Source of the DNA: Chara braunii
Taxonomy: Eukaryota; Plantae; Charophyceae
Reading direction: 5' to 3'
Length of the DNA: 43,263 nt
Assembly: GCA_003427395.1 (NCBI GenBank)
Contig: BFEA01000020.1
Coordinates: 4,709,433 to 4,752,695 of the forward strand
Shown here piece by piece: positions 1-10,400 of this stretch. The notes under the pieces are model-generated. The model did not search any database and had not been told where the DNA came from. It saw only the letters and a list, made by a program, of their open reading frames with translations. The translations under genes were made by a program, and so were the position numbers. Every line of letters starts with the position of its first letter. The first letter of the stretch is position 1.

Positions 1-74
<74 letters not shown>
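1..74. repeat. (GA)n microsatellite, truncated by window edge
   Basis: Perfect GA run. Confidence 0.98.
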
Positions 75-78
<4 letters not shown>

Positions 79-1487
79 GCACTTGCTTCACGTGTAATTA
101 CTTGTGTTTCCATCCCTCGTCTCTGAGGCCTCGTTATTGGTTGAGACAACTGTATGTGTTGCCGTGTCTCGTTCGGATTCTCGACTTTCTGCCCCCGCTT
201 GATCTCTTATTTCCCTACGTCCTCGTTCTCTCGTTCCGCATATCCACTATGTTGCCGCTGCTTAACCTCATATCCACTACGCTCTACTCTGGTCCTGCCC
301 TCTTGCATCCCCTACATTCTCCTGGCTGCGTTCCCGCGCCTTGCGCGGTCCACAGTATAGTTCACGCTGTCTTTGAAGTGATGCAAACGAGTTCCTGGAC
401 CGGGGGAAGTTGATAGGCTCGTTGAAGTCTTTTCTTTGTTTGACAGCCTTGCCTCATTAAGACGACTGTCTTACCCATAACAAAACATTTTGGTCGCCCC
501 TGTACGGTTTGTGGACGCAAGGTGATGATCGGGCTCATTTGCCGTAGCTGCTTAACGATGTGATTGAGAAGCTGTGCAAACATGGGATTTTGAGCGACGG
601 GATAGAGCGTAATGGGTGGCTGGGTTTCATCTCGGACCCATGCTCCATGCAAACGCAGCGTCTGGAAAATTCGTGATGAAGCCATCCAATTACGCGTTAT
701 CCCGTCCGGATGCGGCAGTAGTTGGTTTTGGTTCGTGTATATTGGGTAGCCAGCAGAGATGGTCTTTTATAAATGGTTTGTGGTCGGCTGGAGAAGAGGT
801 GAGGAAAGGGTGTGCTGGAGGCGAGGTCCTACTTGACTGAGCTGTTCAATTTGAATGAGGTTTGACTGACTTATGTTCGTTTCCACGCTGTGATTATTCT
901 TTTTATCGCATGTTGGAGTGAGAACTGGAATTGTTTTCTTCGGTGTGCTCGTCTCCATTCTTCGATTGTTTGGATTGGAAATGGGAACTTGGAACGAGTT
1001 GATTCGATCCCCTAATGTATGGTGTCTGGTTTTCTGTGCGCGGTGACGATTGCCTGCAGACTACGGGGACACGGAACCTTGGGAGTGCCGTCACTGAGGT
1101 TCACCCTGTACAGGTCGTCTTTCTCATCGTGGCGGCTGCTCGGTTGCTTGCTGCTCTCTCCAGATTAATTTCCAAGTAAGGTCATGATTCGACACGAGAT
1201 GATTTAAGTTCCAATCTTCAACGAAGGCCACATCTCCGCTAATCAAGTCTACTTGGTCGAGAATTTTCAGCGGCAGCGAGTGACCATTTGTACGGTAGCA
1301 CAACGACTCAGCGGTACTTATTCCTTTCGGATTATCGTGCCCAGCGGACCCTGCCGAGTTGTCTGCGGTGTTCTCTCATTGTTGGTAATTGTTCGGTGAC
1401 GTCAGCAGTCTTATCATCGGCGGCCCCTTAGGCGCGCTTCGGTCTATTCTCAGACTTCTCATCAAATCCCCTTTGGTCAGCCCGACC

Positions 1488-1498
1488 CAGTTTATGAG
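1488..1498 (+). promoter_or_regulatory. Poor-context initiation codon (cagtttATGA)
   Basis: T at -3, -2 and -1, A at +4. Confidence 0.75.
1494..1498 (+). CDS. BZW: BZW coding exon 1 (ATGAG)
   Basis: tttATGAG|gtaaga; AG plus the C of exon 2 gives Ser and the N-terminus MSSKEK. Confidence 0.8.
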
Positions 1499-4400
1499 GT
1501 AAGAATCCTGTTTGCCCCCCTTCCCTATGTACATCCTTCCGAAGTGAGCGATTTATCTTTCTGCCGTCGTCTGAACACAAGTTCTCGACTTCTCGCCGTT
1601 GTCCTCTGTACACATGTGATCCCCCTCGTATTCTCTTTGTACTCATCATTCGCCCCTCTGTTGTCTTCTTTGTCCGATGTCCGCGATGTCCTCTCTCGTC
1701 TCGTCTGTTTTCACGTAGACCACCTCTCTCGCTGTTTCTGGTTTTCTGTGTCTTTCTCCCTCTAGCTATGTTTACTTCTTTTCTCGTCTCCCTTTCATTC
1801 CCTCGTCTTCACCTTCTTTCTGTGGGTGTTCTCTTCCAAACCATCAGCCTCTGACGGTACCCCATCCTACAACATGTTTTTTTTGAAACCCCAATTTGTA
1901 CGCCAAACGCCATTCAGCTGCTGCGCAGCTTTGTATCTCTACAGTGCCTTTCCGTGTATTGTCCCCTTCGTCTCCCTCTCCCAAAACGACGTTGGTTCCT
2001 CGCCTTTCGTACCGTCTTGTGTGGACCTGACTTCCCTGTCACTGTGTCCACTGCTACCTGTTAGTTAACTCTCGTACCTTCCTCCGTTTACTCGTTTCCA
2101 TCTGAAATCCCGAGTGTCTCTGTGCTCGCCTGGCCCTTCTACCTCTTTCTGTGGTGTCGTCCGTTGGCTGTTGTTTTTGGCGTCTCCCTCGCTTTCGCCT
2201 GATGCACTTCCCTCTTTCATCCCGTTGCATTACTTTCTTACCCCTCCTACTTGGCCCGTGTCCCCGTCTGTCCTTCCTGCGTCTGCTTTTATCTGAAACA
2301 TCCCGTCTAGATTTCGTCTGCCGAGTTACGATGATTAGCCTCGGGTGGTGATTATGAGTTCTGTTGACCCCTGGCTTTGCCGCGCACTCCGTCCGCCGCG
2401 CCGCCTCCTTTGATAGGAGCTCCCCTCCAGCACACCAGCATGTGCTCTACGCTTCTATTGCTCTTAAGCACGCCTTTCCCCGCAGTGTCGCCATCTTGCC
2501 ACTCTTGTCTGGTAGGATGTCTCGTCGTCCGTCCCGTCTATGGTCCGCTGCCATCTGTCATCGCATCACCACTACCCATTCAGATTAGCAATTTCGCATA
2601 CGACCCTCCTTTCTCACACTCGCCCGCTGCTTTTTCCCGCCTTCATCGTTCTTTCTGCCGCTCGACTGCTGGCTTTGCGTAGGCGCTGCTCTCTTCGCGC
2701 AGCTGTGCTGGAAAATATGCTCTCTGCATTCACGCGCCGCAGCTGTGCTGTGCCCGACCGCTGACGAGTCTCATGTACGCCGCTGCGTTGTCCTGGTCCT
2801 CCTGTCTCCACTCCACCGCTGTTCTGTCCACTCTACCCCTCCGATATTCCTTATCCGGTACTGAATTGTTTTCTGCTGCCTTATCAGCGATTCCCTTTCC
2901 TTGAGCTGCTGACCCACTCTCACTGCCGTCTCCGCGTCACCTCCTATGCTGGTACATTCGCGCGCTCGCTTCAGCTTCTCCGCTGGCCGCCACCTGGCCC
3001 CTCATTTCTTGCAGATTGCCTTCTTCAGCTGCTGTTACGTGGCTCCCGATTGTTGCGCGGGCCCTACAGGATGTCTTCCACTGACTCGTGGACCACGTCT
3101 CTCGTCGGCGATGCCTGCATTTTTTCGATGATGTACTTGCCTCTATCTGCCTCCTGCGTTTTATCCGCACGCTCATAATCTGCGCTGCTCAGACGCTGCG
3201 TTCGGTCTGCCTTCCCTCGTTACGACTGATCCGAATCAGCCACTGCAACACTGTGGTTGTCCCTGCGCTTCCTGTCTCATCTCCTCAACTCCGAACCCCC
3301 TCGTGAGTGCCGTTTGCTCCTTTAACTTTCCCAAGGGGTGACTGGTTGTCTGCTTTACTAGTTTTCTCTCCCTGTTTAAGCATGCGCCAGTTCCCTCGCC
3401 TCAGTCCCTGTCCACAGTGCAGTGGCCAACGTTCTTTCACTCGACTGGATTTTAAGTCCCTGTTGGCTCTCTCCTATGGTGCCTCGTGTCGCGGGGTTCT
3501 CATTCCTGTGCTGGACTGCCTGTTGGAGCTCTTCGGCCTCCTCTGCGTGGTTCCTCCCTGTGTTGTTTCTCTGCTGGCTGTGACCATCCTCCACTGCCTG
3601 ACTTTGTGTCTTACTGCTCCGGTGTCCGGTTTTTCTACCTGGATTCGTCCTTTTCTTGCTGGCACGTGTCGGTATACATCCCTTAGATACACGCGTTCTC
3701 GACTCTTTCTCGTCGTGTGGATCTCTGTGGACTGACGTTTCCTAAATTAAAAAGTAATGTTTTGGGTCTGGTTTGGATGATTTCCGATTTGATTCCTATT
3801 TAGCATATCTATTGGCATTCAAGTCTCCTTCCTTGATACTGCGTTTGGTGTTAACGCTTTCACACTGCTCGATGTGTTCAATGGCGACGGTGTATCTACA
3901 TGATGTGGGTGTTATTGCCCCATCCAGATGTTGGATGCCTGAGTGACGTGAAATTGGTGTTCTTAGAGTTTCCCCTGCGCAATAAGGAAATGCAAATCAA
4001 GGAATTGTAATTGAAGTTGCACAGGGTGCTCGACTCGTTTGAGTTCAGCTTGCTGCTCCAAGGAGTTTGTGGAAAGGTCGAGGAGAAATGACCAGGTTCG
4101 TAGTCTGACCGTTCGTGTGCGGTGTGCGTGTTTCCATGTCTTTCTTGAATTGGCGGTTACGTTGGTGTTCCTATCGGTGCACAATCTCGCGACAGCTCGA
4201 AGGAGAAGCCGACTCTCGGGTACGATTGCCTTTGTCTTTCCTCCCGTCTTGAAAATGGCACTTTTGAATTATGCACGGGGAGGACGAATCGTATAGTATA
4301 GAGTATTGCGGTGTGTATTTTATGTGGCGGTTTTGTATTTCGTAAATCATGTGTTTACGAGGAAACGGGCTTGTTTACAGGATTTAGGTGCTTGGTTCTC

Positions 4401-7400
4401 TGCGCGGGTGATTGGTTCTCATTAACATCGTATGCCGATGATTGAATGAATTGTTTCCATGAGCATGTGTCGTTGACGGCGATGAGGAGTGGAGGATTGG
4501 CGATGACCGGATCATAGACCGTAGCGGTGAATAATAACGGTAATGACGATGGGACGATGGATGGAGATGGAACGACACTTCACGAACCTGTTGATTTGCG
4601 GAGATGATTATTCGCAGTGATAGCTTGCGTTCGTGCGAGCATTGTCGTGGGGACTTGCACACGGTTTGTTTGTCTGACGCATGAATTTGTGGTGCTCGCT
4701 CATTGTCTGGGTCCGCAGTTGTGTGTGGATGAGCATAGTAACTGTTTTAGGATTACAGGTGTCGTGAACTTCGCGACTGATGGGTCGTCGGACGACTTGC
4801 TGATGACGTCCTCAAATCGAGGGATGGAATAGGAGGAAGGGAGAGAGAGAGAGAGAGAGAGAATGATGTTGCTGAGTGGTGGCTTGTTATATTGAAGGAG
4901 AGCATGCCAAAAGCTGCGAAATATTGGCCGTCGATTATATTTTGCGACATACACCAGGCTGTGCATGTGGACTATACGGCTCGCTCGCGTTTGATTTGAT
5001 TACTAGAAAGGGAATGGAATACATGATTGATCATGCCGTAGTGTGCCTCGTTGTTATCGGAAAGAGCAAACGGAATATGATCAACCATATGGTGTTCCAA
5101 CATGCTCTTCATTGCGCACCTTGTTATCAGGAAGATTACACCTGCAGTAGTATCGCCTAATTGTTGTTGCGGCGATACAAGTAGTCTCACAAGTCTGGAT
5201 TGTCCTGAGTTATGACGTATGTGCTTGGATGCGGCGTTGTTTAGTCTCTTATTTGATCATTCCGTCAAAGAATTGTCTTGTCCATTCCAAAGCACGGAGA
5301 TTCTGTCCTGCACTGGATAGTATGTTTAACACATGATGGTGTGGCGCATGTCTTCATTTCTTTGAGCGAGTGATTTAGTGCTGAGTTTTTCAGGAGTTGT
5401 TTTGACGGGGTAGAGCATCATGGGCAGGTTTCATCTCGAAGATGTCGTCTCGGATGTTTTTTATTTTTGGACAGGAATACGTTCCAGCGACTCCTTTATG
5501 GGCGACTGGATCAGGGGGGGGAAAGGAAGTGGCCTCCGAGTGAGCCGTTGAGTTTGAATGAGAGTTGACTTTTGTTGGTTTGCCTCGTTCGTTGTTTTGT
5601 GTGCGGTTCGTGTTGTGGCTTTTAATCGTCGCGTGTTTGGAATCCAACCGGGGAACTGTCTTCTCTGCACCGGGCTTCTGCATTCGTCGGCGTTCGTTTT
5701 GCATCGCAATTGGTCCAATCGGGACCTGGGAACCAATTGTCTCGCCTTCTGTATCGTGTCCTTGGTTGCGTTGGTTTGCCCGGCTGTAATTGTCTTTCTG
5801 ACACTGCACGGGGCACACGGTATGAGCAGCGGCACGCGGATCAAGACCCGCAAACGGAACATCGCTGTTCCGTTGGATCCATCTGGATTCGCGGATAATG
5901 TTGTTAATGTCTGCCTTAAATACCAGGGGGATTTGGTGAGTGGTCGTGAAACCGTTTTCCGTTTCTTTTTCCACTCCCCTATCTCCTTTGGGTTAGAAAG
6001 GGGACCTTATATGTATTGTGGTTAATGCCTGTCTTAAATAGCAGGGGGATTTGACGAGTGGTCGTGAAACGTTCTTCCCCATCTGTGTGTTTCACTTCCC
6101 CTATCTTCTTTGCTTATAAAGCTCTGCCGTTTTATGTACTGTGGTTTTTGCCTGTCTCGAATAGCAGGGTGGGATCTGTGAGTGGTCGTGAAACCCTATT
6201 CTCCGCTTCTTTTACCCCCGTCCTCTTTCGATATACGATTGTGCCTTCGTGTCCAGTGGTTGTTGTGCCTAAGATACCAGGGGGATTTGTTGAGCGGGCG
6301 TGAAACTCTCTTCCCCGATCCTTTTCCGACTCTCCCAATCTTCTTTCCACCAGAAGCGAGTGCCGTTTTATGACCTATGGTCAGTTCGTGATGAAGTAAG
6401 ATGACGTAATGTGGGAGTATAATTTGACGCGAGTTGGGAAAAGAACTCGGGTATGGAGGCACAGTAATTAATAGCCAATTATGGCCTGCTGTGCCTTGAT
6501 TACCCTCGAGCTCTGCACCGAAGCTCGGTAATGGTGGTCCCAGTATTCCGGGTTGTTTGTGGAGGGATTCTCGGCCTCCTTGCTGTTTTCTACAATAAAT
6601 GAGAGCTTTTGAGTAGAAGGAAAAACAGAAAAAGAACTCGGGTATGTCCTGTGGTCTGTTCCTGATGAAATATAATTTGATACGAGCGAGAAAAGGAAGT
6701 CGGGGATTTGGTGAGTGGTCGTGAAACGTTCGTTCTTCCCCTCCCTCTGTTCTCATATCTATAGTCTTCGTTCGATGGAAAAAGTTTGTTCTTTTATGTC
6801 ATGTGGTCGGTGCGGTGACGAAATAGTCACAATTGTGCTTTTTCCTACAATAAATGAGAATGGTTCCTGAGATGAAAAGCAGAAAAACAATTCGGGTATA
6901 TCCTGTGGTCTGATTGTTCTGAAATATAATTTGATACGTGCGGGAAAAGGAACTTGGGTCTGATTGTTCTGAAATATAATTTGATACGTGCGGGAAAAGG
7001 AACTTGGGGATTTGGTGAGTGGACGTGAAACCTTTTTCCCCTCCCTCTGTTCTCATATCCCTAGTCTTCTTTCGATGTAAAAGGTTTGCTTTTATGTCGT
7101 GTGGTGGGCTGCGTTGCTGAAATAGTCAGAATCTGGGAAATATGATTTGATGCCAGCGGGAAGAGGAACTAATAGGTTTGCGAGTTTGTCTTGATTGAAT
7201 GCACACGTGGGACGTATGGAATGCGAGTAAGAAGATGTGGGAGGAGTGAGGCATGTGGTGGATGTTTGAGCATGATGTGCGTGATTTGGTGGAATGTCTA
7301 CTGATTTTATTATTTTTAATTAATTTTTCAGTGTACTCTAGTGCGCTCTGCTCAAATCCTGTGTAGTGTACATGAAGAAAGATTGGTGGATGTTTGAGCA

Positions 7401-10400
7401 TGATGTGCGTGGTTCGGTGGAATGTCTACTGATTTTATTATTATTAATTTTGCATTTTACTTTAGTGAGCTCTGCTCAAATGCTTTGTAGTGTACATGAA
7501 GAAAGATGCATAAGGCAAGTAAAATCTCCGTGGCAGTTGCTGAAACGTGCACGATTGTTGCGAGTTGGTGATAAAGCTGTATGCATGAATAGAAGAATCA
7601 TCATGAAAGCTGCCAGAACTAAAAAAGCTATCATGTACTCTTTCTTGTAATTTTGAATACTAGACCAACCTACTAACATGCAAATAGGTATTAAGAACGT
7701 AGTCAACACCACAAAGAATAAAGAAATCCCATCTAGACCTATATAAAAATTGATATTTGAGTAAGGAAGCCATCGTNTTGTTTCAACAAATTGGAATTTA
7801 GCTGTAGAATTCTCAAATTGTATCCAAAACAACAGAGAGTATAAAAAAGGGATCAAAGAGGTGCAAAAGGCAATACTTCGTATCAACCGTATTTTCGAGT
7901 TAGGAACAAGTAAAACGATGGGGGCCCCTAAAAGAGGCCACTTGATAAGACCACTCAGATTGTCATTTTTGATGACCACGACCTTGGTAGTTGAACCTGA
8001 CAGTCGGGGATTGCACTTGCTCTTTTTTTTAATTGCCACCACCACTTGCAGGATCTCATATCTAAAGAGATAGAAGTTGATGATGAGCTCGATTTTTCGC
8101 GCTATGGCGACACCCTGTTCGAGGTAAAATGACTAAGTCATTCCTTTATACGTGACAGGTCATACACCTGCGCACTGTTTGTTTCGTTATGCGATATGCA
8201 TCCAGCTGGCTGGCTCGTGGTTGACCTTGTGGTCACTTTTCACGTTCTTGCTTGTCCCATCTGTTCTCTTTTTCTTTCTGCCTTTTCTAGCACAGTTCCT
8301 CCTCCCCGGTTGGTTCTATACGTCCCCTCTGCTAGCTCTGCGGCTCGCTTCTTCCCAATCTACCCCTCTTGCCGCTTTTGCAGTGTCCTTTATTTTGCCA
8401 CCCACCTTCAGCCTCTCCATTGGTGTATTGCCATTTGCACTGGCTCTCTTCCATTCTTTTTCGTACCCGGATTTCTTCCCGTTTCTGAACTCCTCTCCTT
8501 TCTCTTTTGGCGTCTCTTTTTTTCACTCCTTCGCTCTCCGGAAGCTGCGTTATGATTGGGTTTTAGTGAGGGGCAGCTGATACTGGTGGTTGGGATGTAC
8601 CTGCGTTATGCTTGGGTTGGCAGCCGCGGGCGAGGTAGTGGGTGGTGGCTGGGAGGTCGTTTCATTGCGGTGCTTGTCTTGTTTTTATCTAGCATTTCAA
8701 ATATGGAGCTGGTTGTTGCAAAGGCTTGTTTGCATTTCAAATATGGAGCTGGTTGTTGCAAAGGCTTGTTTAATTAATCGAGTTTTGATTGCGTTGTGGT
8801 TTCGGCAGGTGTTTTTCACAGGTGGCCGTACGGCNNNNNNNNNNNNNNNNNNNNNNNNNNNNNNNNNNNNNNNNNNNNNNNNNNNNNNNNNNNNNNNNNN
8901 NNNNNNNNNNNNNNNNNNNNNNNNNNNNNNNNNNNNNNNNNNNNNNNNNNNNNNNNNNNNNNNNNNNNNNNNNNNNNNNNNNNNNNNNNNNNNNNNNNNN
9001 NNNNNNNNNNNNNNNNNNNNNNNNNNNNNNNNNNNNNNNNNNNNNNNNNNNNNNNNNNNNNNNNNNNNNNNNNNNNNNNNNNNNNNNNNNNNNNNNNNNN
9101 NNNNNNNNNNNNNNNNNNNNNNNNNNNNNNNNNNNNNNNNNNNNNNNNNNNNNNNNNNNNNNNNNNNNNNNNNNNNNNNNNNNNCTTAGGGTCTGTATGT
9201 CCAGGCGTCGTAGGTCTGTGGGAACAGTATCTGTAGGATCTTAGGGTCTGTATGTCCAGGCGTCGTAGGTCTGTGGGAAGTATCTGTAGGATCGCGCCAG
9301 TCCCTAAAGGTCCAATTTTTGCAGCAGCCTCACAAGAGAGGTGAGGACCTTCCCAAAATAGCAACTTGGCAGAGGCAGAAGGAGGCCGGTACCTTTTGAA
9401 GCAGGCAGGCTCACCCCACGAAAACAAAATATTTTGGGCTACAGTACCAGACGGCAGGCAGTTGTTCTTTTCGGAGGGAGAATACGCCCAGCGAACTGGC
9501 TGAAGGAGATGGTCATAGCCGCACCCCTCTTCTGTTTTTCGTTTGTACCCGCCCAGGGCCTTTACCATACGTGCCCAGGGCTCCGTTTGGTTTGGTGGGC
9601 TCAACTGCGCAATGTGCTGTAGCTGTCTGGCGCGATGCATGGACTCCGTAAACCCCAGATTAGGACCTGTTGAGATTTCAAGCACGCAAATGATTTCCAA
9701 CAGCGCAGGCCTTTCATAAAAGAGAAGTCCATTTACACTCTATTTTATTTATTTGACAGTGAACAACAGCCTCTTTTCTTGGTCCTTATGCTCTGCCCGC
9801 GGTCACATTGGCCTGTATTCAGGCCTAGGTGCATGTTTGCAGGCCCGCCTTTCCTTATGACGCACAAGACCTTTTCCAACACTGCGGAGGGACAAATCCC
9901 TGCAGTGATATGCACTGTGTCTCGGTGGCAGTGCACTATTACCAACCAAAAGAAGAAAACGAAACACAAACAGCAAAAAATGTAAGTAGCCAGATTGTTT
10001 GCTTGCCAGATACGTTTTCTTTTTTCTTTTTTGTTTTTCATGCGGGACCACAAGGCCCAAACATGTTCTGCTTGCTGAGCCTCCGACCCCCGAAAACTCC
10101 GGAGAAAATGGGAAAATTTCCTGTTTTGCCATTTTTCCGAATAGTGGGCGAGGTAGTGGTGGGTGGTTTAAGCGAAGTTTTGTGGGATGTTTGAGATCCT
10201 CGGGTAATTTGAGTGATCCGCTGGCTAATTTTCTTTTTGTATCTGCACAGATCTTGTACGGTCTTTTCATGCAAAATTTGGCAACCAAGGTCTTTAGAGT
10301 CCATGAAAGTTATGCCAATTCTGCTTGCGAGGGTTTTCTGCAGTTGTTGCTACCTTCGCTGCGTTTGTCATTTCTTTGTCTGTAAGCATGCATATTGATT

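Noticed and set aside
102-3735. Many short ORFs upstream of and in BZW intron 1
   Set aside because: Low-complexity C/T-rich sequence with no recognisable domain; mostly non-ATG starts.
5900-6320. Regularly spaced repeats as a possible CRISPR array
   Set aside because: The intervening sequences are also homologous to each other, the unit derives from an exon/intron boundary, the context is eukaryotic and there are no cas genes.
7476-8045. Functional nuclear nad4 gene
   Set aside because: Only the N-terminal quarter is present, with no native start or targeting peptide, antisense in an intron.
8703-8770. MELVVAKACL, resembling the conserved ELVAK of BZW exon 4
   Set aside because: It is a 40-bp tandem repeat without splice sites; the true exon is 8052-8123 (DLISKE...FSRYGDTLFE).
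8590-9700. Long ORFs spanning the N run
   Set aside because: Artefacts of translating Ns.
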